From contig JAPLXB010000022.1 of the NCBI GenBank assembly GCA_026396285.1, positions 9,506 through 73,505 of the forward strand: DNA of 64,000 nucleotides, read 5' to 3'. This DNA comes from Candidatus Micrarchaeota archaeon (GTDB lineage: Archaea; Micrarchaeota; Micrarchaeia; Norongarragalinales; JAPLXB01). Both the position numbers and the translations under genes were made by a program. The notes under the pieces were generated by a model. That model was not told the origin of the DNA and ran no database searches. It saw only the letters and a list, made by a program, of their open reading frames with translations. Shown here piece after piece: positions 55,411-63,702 of the stretch. Positions within the stretch are counted from its first letter, which is position 1; every line of letters begins with the position of its first letter.

Positions 55411-57723
55411 ATGAAGAAAAAAACCGCTGCAAAGAAGGGAACGGCCGGAAAACAGGCGGCCAAAGCGCGCGCGGCCAGCGGCGCCACCCGCGCAAAGAGC
55501 CACGCGCCGGCCCATCCGGCCACCCACGCGCACCACGTAAAGAAAATACGCAAGGAAATCCACCGGGCGCGCAAGGAACTCGATAAGGCGCGTAGGAAAA
55601 TCCTCGAGGCCGCGGCGACGGCAAAAGCAGCGGCGCAAGTTCCAGTACCCGCGCCGGCACCGCTTCCGGCTCCCGCACCCAAACCAGCGCAAAAAGCCGG
55701 GGGATCCCCCATCGACGCGCTCAAGAAAATATCGTTAGGAATATCCTTCGGCAAAAAGACCGCGCCAGCGCCATCGGCCGCTCCAACGCCGGCACCCGCG
55801 GCCGCTCCTGTTGCGGAAGCGAAGCCATCCGCGGAACCAAAACCGGCCGAAGCACCTGCGCCGTCCACGGCCCCAAAACCCGGGAAAAAGGCCGCAGCCG
55901 AAAAACAGCCCAAGACGGCCGCTGTCCCTGCGCCGGAAGAGGCAACTGAACCGAAAAAAGGCGTGCTGTTCGTCGAGTCCCCGGTCGACCGGATGTGCTA
56001 CGCGCTTGAAAACGCTCCGGGCAACGAGATGATGCTGGAGGCGCTTGCGGCTGAGACAGGCGTGGACGTCGCGTCGCTTGAAAGAATAGGGAAAATCCTC
56101 CAGGAAGAAGACGTATGCGAAATGATTTACCCAGTCAACGTGTTCTCGAAACCATCCATACGGCTGGTTGCAAAACAGCAGAAAAAAGCCCTCCGGCACT
56201 TCGAGGGCGACAAGCTCCTCTCCTCGTATTCGCTTGAGGAAAGCGGGGTCCCGGCCAACGTTGAAATCTGGGAGGCCAGAAGCGAAGCAAGGCCAGTGTA
56301 CTCGATAGTCGTTTCCGCCGCCGGGCCGTACACGGAAATGTTCCTCAATTACCTGCGGGACGCGATGGCGCGCGAAGTCCCCGTCCTCACCGAGGAAATC
56401 ACCGACCCAAAAAAACTGGCCAAACTCAAGGGACGCTTCTACGCCGCATCCCAAGCCAAACTCGCCGAGGAACTCGGCAGCCTCGTTGAAGACAAGAGGA
56501 ACATGCTCGCAGGCATGCTGCTCCACCGCATGTACGGCCTCGGCGAAATAGAGTTGTTGATGGCGGACAACTGGCTCGAGGAAATAGGAATCAACAGCGC
56601 AACCGAACCCATCGGCGTATACCACAAGAAGTTCGGGTGGCTCAAGACGACGATGCGCATCCCTTCCGAGGAGGAGATATACAATTACGCTTCCCAAATC
56701 GGGAGAAAAGCCGGCAGGGACATAACGCTCCTGAACCCGCTCATGGACGCGAACCTCCTGACGGGCGACCGCGTCGCGGCCACGCTCTTCCCCATTTCCT
56801 CGTCGGGGAACACGATAACCATCCGCAGGTTCGCCCGCGTCCCCTGGACGATAACAGACTTCATCAGCCCCGCGCTCAACACGATGTCCGTCGAAATGGC
56901 TGCGTTCCTGTGGCTGTGCGTCCAGTACGAGATAAACATCATGGTGGCCGGCGGCACCGCGTCAGGAAAGACGTCGGCACTCAACACTATATCGGCGCTC
57001 ACGCCCGCTTCCCAAAGGATAGTGAGCGTCGAAGACACGCGGGAACTCAACCTCCCCAAATACCTCAGATGGAACTGGATACCGCTGACCACGCGGGGCC
57101 CCAACCCCGAAGGAAAGGGCGAAGTGGAAATGCTGGACCTCACCGTCGCCGCGCTCAGGATGAGGCCGGACCGCGTCATAGTCGGCGAAGTCAGGAGAAA
57201 ACGCGAGGCAGAAGTCCTGTTCGAAGCCATGCACACCGGCCACGCAGTCTATTCCACGCTGCACGCGGACAACGCCGTCCAAGCCATCCGCAGGCTAAAC
57301 GAGGCGCCGATAGAAATCCCCAAGACCGAATTGGATGCGCTTCACTTGATGATGGTCCAGTACCGCGACCGCCGCAAAGGCATACGGAGAACATATGAGA
57401 TAACCGAACTCACCAGCGCATCAGGCGGCGAAGTCGTCCTCAACCCGTTATACAAGTGGAGGCCCCGCGACGACACGTTCGAAAAACGCAACGACAGCCT
57501 CAGGGTTTTCGGAGAACTCAACATGCACACCGGCATGACCGTCGACGAAATAAAAAGCGACATCGGCGAAAAACAAAAAGTGCTCGAATGGATGCTGGAA
57601 AACAAGGTCACGGACATAGACAAGGTCGGTGAAGTAATGAACATCTATTACAAGGAACCCGACTCAGTCGTGTCGGCGGCGAAAAAAAAGACGCCGGTAG
57701 CCGAACTTCTTGGTGAAAAATGA
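55411..57723 (+). CDS. Type IV filament ATPase, FlaI/TadA family (module 2) with roughly 170-aa Lys/Ala/Pro-rich N-terminal extension and fused wHTH-like segment
   Basis: 770 aa. Walker A GGTASGKTS and a His box MHTGHAV. Residues 1-170 are a low-complexity basic AKP-rich region. Residues about 185-260 (VDRMCYALENAPGNEMMLEALAAETGVDVASLERIGKILQEEDV) resemble the N-domain of the stand-alone protein at 44846. Confidence 0.85.
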   Translation: MKKKTAAKKGTAGKQAAKARAASGATRAKSHAPAHPATHAHHVKKIRKEIHRARKELDKARRKILEAAATAKAAAQVPVPAPAPLPAPAPKPAQKAGGSPIDALKKISLGISFGKKTAPAPSAAPTPAPAAAPVAEAKPSAEPKPAEAPAPSTAPKPGKKAAAEKQPKTAAVPAPEEATEPKKGVLFVESPVDRMCYALENAPGNEMMLEALAAETGVDVASLERIGKILQEEDVCEMIYPVNVFSKPSIRLVAKQQKKALRHFEGDKLLSSYSLEESGVPANVEIWEARSEARPVYSIVVSAAGPYTEMFLNYLRDAMAREVPVLTEEITDPKKLAKLKGRFYAASQAKLAEELGSLVEDKRNMLAGMLLHRMYGLGEIELLMADNWLEEIGINSATEPIGVYHKKFGWLKTTMRIPSEEEIYNYASQIGRKAGRDITLLNPLMDANLLTGDRVAATLFPISSSGNTITIRRFARVPWTITDFISPALNTMSVEMAAFLWLCVQYEINIMVAGGTASGKTSALNTISALTPASQRIVSVEDTRELNLPKYLRWNWIPLTTRGPNPEGKGEVEMLDLTVAALRMRPDRVIVGEVRRKREAEVLFEAMHTGHAVYSTLHADNAVQAIRRLNEAPIEIPKTELDALHLMMVQYRDRRKGIRRTYEITELTSASGGEVVLNPLYKWRPRDDTFEKRNDSLRVFGELNMHTGMTVDEIKSDIGEKQKVLEWMLENKVTDIDKVGEVMNIYYKEPDSVVSAAKKKTPVAELLGEK

Positions 57724-58661
57724 TGGAGGTAGCCATATTTCTCTTCATCATCCCGAAAACCCTTGAAGCCCCCCTGGCGAGGAGGCTCCGCGGACTCGGC
57801 GGAAAACTCGGCTCCCTCGTCCCCGGCCTTGGATACGACCTGAGGGAACTCGGAGAAGCGGACGCGGGAAAATACGTTGCCCGCGCCCTCCTGAACTCGG
57901 TCCTCTGGGGAATCCTCCTCACGCTCCTCATATCTTTCTTCCTATTCACCACAGGAAGGCTCAAGCCCGAAATATTGGCGCAAACATTCTCAAACAATGC
58001 GGCGCTGTCATACGCCGCCGCCGGAATCCTCCCGGCAGTAGGCAGCGGAATATTCGTCACCGCCCTCCTCCTCGCGTTCCTCCTATACTACCCGCACATA
58101 CTTGCCAGGAAACTCGCGGAAACAGTGGACAAGGACTTGATATTCGCGCTCAAGGACCTCCAACTCCAGATCGGCTCAGGAGTCAGCCTGTTCAACGCCA
58201 TGGTCAACGTCTCCAAAGCCGGCTACGGCAACGTGTCCAAGCAGTTTGACTCGGTCGTAAAGGACATTTCCGCAGGCGAGGCAGAGGACGCGGCGCTTGA
58301 AAAAATGGCTGCACACACCGAATCCGAGTTCATGAAAAGGACGGTGTGGCAGATGATCACCGCCCTCCGCGGCGGCGCAAGCCTGGAAGGCGCTCTCTCC
58401 AGCATAATATCAGTGCTGAAAAGGGACCAGGCGTCCAGGATAAGAACATTCATCCATGAACTCAACCTCTGGGCCCTTGTCTACATGATAGTGGCAGTGG
58501 CGGTGCCGGGCCTCGGCTCAACGGTCCTTATCGTAATATCCGCCTTCGGAGGAATAGTGGTCACCGAAATGACTTACGTCTTCGCCCTAGTCGCCTGCTT
58601 CATCGCCGAAATAGTCATAATCGGTTTCATAAAATCAAGGAGGCCAATCGTCCACCTGTAA
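57720..58661 (+). CDS. TadB/TadC(FlaJ)-like membrane platform protein (module 2, first)
   Basis: 313 aa. The start overlaps the ATPase stop. T2SS-F-like cytoplasmic domain (LIFALKDLQLQIGSGVSLFNAM...). Confidence 0.65.
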   Translation: MMEVAIFLFIIPKTLEAPLARRLRGLGGKLGSLVPGLGYDLRELGEADAGKYVARALLNSVLWGILLTLLISFFLFTTGRLKPEILAQTFSNNAALSYAAAGILPAVGSGIFVTALLLAFLLYYPHILARKLAETVDKDLIFALKDLQLQIGSGVSLFNAMVNVSKAGYGNVSKQFDSVVKDISAGEAEDAALEKMAAHTESEFMKRTVWQMITALRGGASLEGALSSIISVLKRDQASRIRTFIHELNLWALVYMIVAVAVPGLGSTVLIVISAFGGIVVTEMTYVFALVACFIAEIVIIGFIKSRRPIVHL

Positions 58662-58718
58662 AAGCCGGCTTGAAAGAAATTGCGCTGCAAAAACTTCGCA
58701 AAAAAAAGGTCTTCAACA

Positions 58719-59735
58719 ATGAAAAAATCCATCCTGCCGATAACCGGGACTTACTACGTTATTGTAGACCTCCTGCCGCACGCGTACCGCACCGGCCTGA
58801 AGAAAAGGCTCGCGCACGCGGGAATCACGATGGACCTGGAACTATGGCTGGGCCCAATCATACTCTCCTCGCTGGTAATAGGACTCCTTTGCCTCGCCGT
58901 CGCATGGGGCCTTCTGGACGTCTTCGACCCCGTCCTCCTCGCCGCATCATTCCTCGCCGGCTTACTGATAATCATCATTGCAGCATACACCCTCCTCGCC
59001 ACCCAGATAGATGAAAGGAAGGCGCGCGTGGAAAAAGTCCTCCCCGACGCGCTGCACATCATGGCCGCCAACATACGCACCGGCGCGCCGCCAATGATCG
59101 CGTTGCGCATGACCGCGCGCCCCGAATTCGGGCCCCTAGAGGAGGAAATAAAGTACGTTACCACAAAGTCGCTGGGCACCGAGTCCTTCACCGACGCCCT
59201 CAACGAAATGTCGCACCGAATCCCCTCAGACATCTTCGCCAGAACAGTGTCGCTGATCGCGGCCAGCCTCAAGGCGGGCGGGAAACTGGCGCAACTCCTT
59301 GAAAGCGTGGCGGAAGACATCAGGGAAACCCAGGAACTGAAAGCGGAATTGGTGACGAACAGCAACCTCTACATACTGTTCATCGCCTTCACAGTCGTAA
59401 TCGGCACGCCGCTCCTGCTCGCGGTCTCCGTGCACTTCACGACCATGGTTGCAGACCTCCAAAAAGCCCCAGTCGCCGCGTCGCTGTCTGAGGAAGTCGG
59501 AGTCAACAGCATCGGCCTCATCATCAGCACGCCTTTTTCAGTGACTTTCGTGGAAAACGCGGGCTACTTTGTGATACTCATGACCAACATCTTGGCCGGG
59601 GTGCTCATGGGCGCCATCCGGGAGGGCAAGGAAACGAGCGGGTTGAAGTACGTTCCGTTCATGTTGATAATCTCGTTCATAGTCTACTTCATCGTGAAGG
59701 ACGTCATACTGCAGTTCCTGAGGTCTGCGGCCTGA
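58719..59735 (+). CDS. TadB/TadC(FlaJ)-like membrane platform protein (module 2, second)
   Basis: About 339 aa from MKKSILPITG. LPDALHIMAANIRTGAPPMIAL. Same layout as 47938. Confidence 0.6.
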   Translation: MKKSILPITGTYYVIVDLLPHAYRTGLKKRLAHAGITMDLELWLGPIILSSLVIGLLCLAVAWGLLDVFDPVLLAASFLAGLLIIIIAAYTLLATQIDERKARVEKVLPDALHIMAANIRTGAPPMIALRMTARPEFGPLEEEIKYVTTKSLGTESFTDALNEMSHRIPSDIFARTVSLIAASLKAGGKLAQLLESVAEDIRETQELKAELVTNSNLYILFIAFTVVIGTPLLLAVSVHFTTMVADLQKAPVAASLSEEVGVNSIGLIISTPFSVTFVENAGYFVILMTNILAGVLMGAIREGKETSGLKYVPFMLIISFIVYFIVKDVILQFLRSAA

Positions 59736-59780
59736 AACCGCCCGGCAAACAAAGAAAGGCTTAAAAAACCCGGAATTGTA

Positions 59781-59795
59781 ATTAAAACCGGTTTT
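59781..59795 (+). promoter_or_regulatory. TATA-like element with palindrome (ATTAAAACCGGTTTT) upstream of the pilin gene 59809
   Basis: About 20 nt before the ATG. It shares the 14-mer ATTAAAACCGGTTT with 44821-44834. Confidence 0.35.
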
Positions 59796-59808
59796 GGTGA
59801 TGGAATAA

Positions 59809-60345
59809 ATGGCTTCAAGACGCGGGCAGGCGGCAGTGGAATACCTGATTATCCTTGCAGTCGTCATCATCATCGCGCTCGTCGTCGTAGGCGTGCTGGG
59901 CGGCTTCCCGTCGTTGACGAGGGGCGTGAACGAGAAGGAAAGCGCCTTGTACTGGCAGGGCTCTGAAATCGCGATACAAAAATACTTCTTCGCTTCAGCC
60001 GTTCCCCTCACCACAACCAACAGCAGCATAAGTTTAAGAAATAACAAAAATTTTGATATCCGCTTTAGTCTTCCATACGGAATTCAAATGACAAAAGGCG
60101 ACGGTACTTTTACCGCAGTGCCTCTGAATTGCAAAACCGTTTCAGACTGCAGCGGAAATACAACGGTTACAATGTCCCCAGGGGATTCCAAAAACTTAGT
60201 CATAGCCTACCCTAACTGGGTTACTGATTTCTGCAACAGCAAGGGCGACACGTTCAGCCGCAAAGTCACATTCAACTATACAGACACTGAAGGCAATTAT
60301 TACATCTTCGTGGGCACTGTTCCGCTCGTGACGACGTGCCAGTGA
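59809..60345 (+). CDS. Class III signal peptide pilin-like protein (178 aa)
   Basis: MASRRGQAAVEYLIILAVVIIIALVVVGVL (R-G|Q, E at +5, Tyr at +6). The C-terminal half of the gene is conspicuously AT-rich. Confidence 0.6.
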   Translation: MASRRGQAAVEYLIILAVVIIIALVVVGVLGGFPSLTRGVNEKESALYWQGSEIAIQKYFFASAVPLTTTNSSISLRNNKNFDIRFSLPYGIQMTKGDGTFTAVPLNCKTVSDCSGNTTVTMSPGDSKNLVIAYPNWVTDFCNSKGDTFSRKVTFNYTDTEGNYYIFVGTVPLVTTCQ

Positions 60346-60390
60346 AATTCATGAGTATTTTTTTGAATCGAGTTTTGAGGTGAAAATGAA

Positions 60391-60792
60391 ATGAAGACAA
60401 AAGGACAAACCGCTCTGGAGTACCTAGTCACCTACGGCTGGGCAATACTTGCCATAGTCATCATCGCGGCAGTGCTGTACTACTTCGGAGTGTTCAACCC
60501 GAGCAAGCTCGTCAGCGGGCAACAGTGTGGCGGATTCTCTGCATTCACGTGCATTGACTACACCAACACCGCGGTAAACGCGACGGTCGTGCTTGGCAAC
60601 AACATGGGCAGGCAGCTCAACATAACCGGCGGCGCAACCTGCACCCCGACGCTCATTGGGGCGAACCAGCAGACGATTTGCGTGTTCACCGGCGAATTCA
60701 CGCCCGGCAGCGAAGCCACGCTCAGCTTGTCATACACTGACACGCAATCAACCCTCGCGAAGACCGACAGCGGCTTCATAAGGGCGAAGTAA
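60391..60792 (+). CDS. Class III signal peptide pilin-like protein (133 aa)
   Basis: MKTKGQTALEYLVTYGWAILAIVIIAAVL (K-G|Q, E at +5). Confidence 0.6.
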   Translation: MKTKGQTALEYLVTYGWAILAIVIIAAVLYYFGVFNPSKLVSGQQCGGFSAFTCIDYTNTAVNATVVLGNNMGRQLNITGGATCTPTLIGANQQTICVFTGEFTPGSEATLSLSYTDTQSTLAKTDSGFIRAK

Positions 60793-60802
60793 AAACCGTT
60801 TC

Positions 60803-60834
60803 CAAGGGGGTTTTCCCCCTTTTTCTCTTTTTTA
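60803..60834 (+). terminator. Hairpin plus oligo-T terminator-like element at the end of the filament supercluster
   Basis: AAGGGGGTTTTCCCCCTT hairpin followed by TTTTCTCTTTTTT, 10 nt after the last pilin stop. Confidence 0.4.
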
Positions 60835-61040
60835 CAACATTCAAGCGCAAGCGGCAGCCCCGGCCGGCGCCCGGCGTTCAATCCACTGCGTGGTTTATTA
60901 ATTTCTCAACCCCCAATCCGTTTGATGATGACCGGCAAACAAACTCTGAGGCGGAAGCCATTGAAGAATGACGGACGGGCTGAACAATTAAAACTCGCAG
61001 TGCATGGCGGGGTTAAAAACCAAGGCATGAAATTAAGGGC

Positions 61041-61610
61041 ATGAGGCTGGGAAAGACTCTTTACGCAAGCGGCAGGAAAGCCTGGCGCGCGTGGCTCTCT
61101 AAGCACCACGGCAAGGAAAAGGAAATCTGGCTCATATACCCAAAAAAGCGCACTGGCAAGCCGCGCATCCCCTACAATGACGCGGTTGAGGAGGCGCTGT
61201 GCTTCGGCTGGATAGACAGCACGGTGAAAAGCGTTGACTCGGGCAATTTCGCCCAGAGGTTCTCTCCAAGAAGGCCCGGAAGCGGGCTTTCGCAAATGAA
61301 CAGGGAAAGGATAAGGAAGCTTGTTTCTGGAAAGAAGATGACTGAAGCCGGGCTTGCAGCGGTTTCGCACGCGCTTGAACCCGGTTCCGGCGGTGAAAAA
61401 TTCACGTTCCCGGAAGACATACTGGGCGCAATCAAAAAGGACGGGGCCGCGTGGAAAAACTTCCAGCAACTGCCCGAACCCTACAAGCGAATCCGCGTCG
61501 CGTACATTGACAGCCGCAGGCGCCACGGCGCAGAAATGTTCAAGAAAAGCCTCCGGCACTTCATCAAGATGACTGCAAAAAACAAGCGGTTCGGTTTTGT
61601 AAGGGAATGA
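61041..61610 (+). CDS. YdeI/OmpD-associated family protein
   Basis: 189 aa. IWLIYPKK...PYNDAVEEALCFGWIDS and C-terminal ...YKRIRVAYIDSRRRH are typical of the YdeI (bacteriocin-protection-like) family. Assigned from memory. Confidence 0.5.
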   Translation: MRLGKTLYASGRKAWRAWLSKHHGKEKEIWLIYPKKRTGKPRIPYNDAVEEALCFGWIDSTVKSVDSGNFAQRFSPRRPGSGLSQMNRERIRKLVSGKKMTEAGLAAVSHALEPGSGGEKFTFPEDILGAIKKDGAAWKNFQQLPEPYKRIRVAYIDSRRRHGAEMFKKSLRHFIKMTAKNKRFGFVRE

Positions 61611-61732
61611 CCCCGCGAGCAGAGTGCAGTGCCGCACCACAGAAACGCTCAATTTCTCGGCGGTTTCACCGGACAACGCGCGAGTGGCTCTCCTGAGAAA
61701 CGGCTTAAAGCGCTTTTGCCCTAACCGGTTCC

Positions 61733-62143
61733 ATGGCAAGGGAACTAATGGACAAAACCAAGCCCGTTTCGTTGGCGGTCGCTTTGCTTGAGGACAACAA
61801 GCGGGCGCTTTTTTTGGTGCGCAGGGGACAGGACGGGCGCGAGTCGTTGGAATTGCCTTCTTCCCGCGTTTTTCCGGGCGACGACCCCATGTCAGTGGCC
61901 GTTGACGCCATCAGGTCGCAGGCGGGGATAGACGCCCACTCGCAGGGGGCGGGTTTCGAGGCGAAACACAACGCCGGGTCGCGGAGGCACAAGCACCCGG
62001 TTCCGGTTTTGGTTTTCAGGATGCAGGCGAAAACAATGTCCGCGCGGCCATCCGGCGAGTTCACGGGATTCAAGTGGATTCCCCTCGCCGAAGCCAAAAA
62101 AATGCGCTTAGGCCGCAATGCGGAATGGCTCCATTCAGCGTGA
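61733..62143 (+). CDS. NUDIX-fold protein with degenerate Nudix box
   Basis: 136 aa. VAVALLEDNKRALFLVRRG...ELPSSRVFPGDDPMSVAVDAIRSQAGI follows Nudix spacing but lacks the REx2EE glutamates. The opposite-strand ORF 61705..62118 is judged spurious. Confidence 0.4.
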   Translation: MARELMDKTKPVSLAVALLEDNKRALFLVRRGQDGRESLELPSSRVFPGDDPMSVAVDAIRSQAGIDAHSQGAGFEAKHNAGSRRHKHPVPVLVFRMQAKTMSARPSGEFTGFKWIPLAEAKKMRLGRNAEWLHSA

Positions 62144-62367
62144 GCGGGCTGCCGGAAGCCCGGTTTACCCCAGTTCGCGGAGTTTTTTCTTGAGCTGCTC
62201 GAGCTCTGCGTGGATGGCCGGGTTCTTTTTCACCGGGTCCATTTTCACTTTCTCTTCAAGCTCCTCTACGCGTTTCCTTATGCTTTGGTTTTGCCTGCCG
62301 AGGTCCTTCTTGCTTTTTCCCATTTCCAAATCCCCTCCGGCAAGATGCGCCCGCTTTTGAAAAAAAC

Positions 62368-63702
62368 TCAGTACAGGTAGCCCCACGTGTGCAGCATGTC
62401 GCTGTCGCGCACCCAGCGCTCGCCGATGTCGGTGCGGTAAAACATGTTCGGCAACAGTATGTTTTCCACGCGCTTGTACGCCTGCTTCCGCGCGTCGTCA
62501 ACGGTTATTCCCGAGCCGGTTATCACCAGCGCGTAGCCCGACTGGCCCGCTAGGCGCCAGTCCCCGTCAACCAGTTTCACGTCGCCCGGGTGCACGCCGT
62601 CAAGCACCGGCTTCTTGAAGATTATCGTCGCGTCCTCGGAATACCTCTTGAAGGAGGCCGGGTCAGTGAACGGAAACGGCGGGACCGCGATGACGACGCA
62701 GATTTGGAAGCCTTTCTTAGTCTTCAGCGCCACGGTCTGTTTCGTGGCAAGCAGGTGAAGGAATTCCCCCCACTCGTCGGTCACGCCCTCTATGTCCAGG
62801 CTTATCGTCGGGTAGCCGAAGCGCGAAGTGAATTCCAGGGGATATATCCCGCGCGGGTTGGCGATGCAGTTCAAGTCAATGTAGCCCACGTAACCAGACG
62901 CCGCCAGCGCCGGCTTCATTTTCTCAAGCGTCTCCCTGAACAACATGTTGGAAGCCGCAAAAAAGCATAAAGTCCCCATCTCGCCAGTGTTCGGCCCCAC
63001 CTCGCCGGGAAACATCCTCTTGTGCTCGAAGTTCACGTTGATGGGCTGGACGAAGTCATTTCCGTTGAAGAAAGCGCCGACCGCCACTTCCACGCCCTGC
63101 GCGAACTTCTGCAGCTGGAAAACGTTCATTTTCTTGGACCAGCTCTTCTTGTAGTGGTCAAGCACGTTGATCACGTCGTTGCCGTCCTCCTCCTGGCCGA
63201 TGAACAGCAGTTCCTTCTCGTTCTGGGCCTTGCCGCTCGGCTTGATGACGTAGCGCATCGGGTTCTTTTTCACGAACGCGATTGCCTCGTCGAAGTCGGT
63301 GAAGTCCCACCGCGGCAACACGTTCACGCCCGCTTTTTCCAGCTCGGCCTGGCCGAACTCGCGGTCGTCCTCCAGCTTATCAGTGTACAGTGAGCCGCCT
63401 ACGACCGCCTTTCCCTCCTTCCTCAGGTCCTCTGCCGCCTGCCCGAAGCCGACATCGTCAAAGACGATTACGTCGGCCCAGTCCTTGAGCGCCTTCCAGT
63501 CGTCGCACTTGTCCACGAAGCCGTCGCACACGTCCTTTTCCTGCTTGTCGTGGATGTAGTACTTGACTTCGTTGCCTTCCTTCTTGACCTGCCACGCCAA
63601 ATCCCCGATTAGCCCTTCAAGGGAAACGAATAGGAACTTCAGCGGCTTCTTCTCCTGGCCGCCTTCGGGCTTCTGGCCGTTGCCTCCGTTGTGCGCCATC
63701 AA
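62368..63702 (-). CDS. purD: Phosphoribosylamine-glycine ligase (GAR synthetase), divergent N-terminus
   Basis: 444 aa ATP-grasp. GPNTGEMG (compare PurD GPNTGGMG), EFTSRFGYP (compare EFNCRFGDPE) and C-terminal KQAYKRVENI...RTDIGERW (compare PurD KRAY...RKDIGWRA). Confidence 0.65.
   Translation of the reverse strand: MMAHNGGNGQKPEGGQEKKPLKFLFVSLEGLIGDLAWQVKKEGNEVKYYIHDKQEKDVCDGFVDKCDDWKALKDWADVIVFDDVGFGQAAEDLRKEGKAVVGGSLYTDKLEDDREFGQAELEKAGVNVLPRWDFTDFDEAIAFVKKNPMRYVIKPSGKAQNEKELLFIGQEEDGNDVINVLDHYKKSWSKKMNVFQLQKFAQGVEVAVGAFFNGNDFVQPINVNFEHKRMFPGEVGPNTGEMGTLCFFAASNMLFRETLEKMKPALAASGYVGYIDLNCIANPRGIYPLEFTSRFGYPTISLDIEGVTDEWGEFLHLLATKQTVALKTKKGFQICVVIAVPPFPFTDPASFKRYSEDATIIFKKPVLDGVHPGDVKLVDGDWRLAGQSGYALVITGSGITVDDARKQAYKRVENILLPNMFYRTDIGERWVRDSDMLHTWGYLY

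Noticed and set aside
62165-62386. 73-aa minus-strand ORF overlapping the purD start, and the edge ORFs 63716..63982 and 63802..63996
   Set aside because: They are short, charged, lack motifs and overlap or abut better-supported genes or the window edge. There is not enough evidence to call them.
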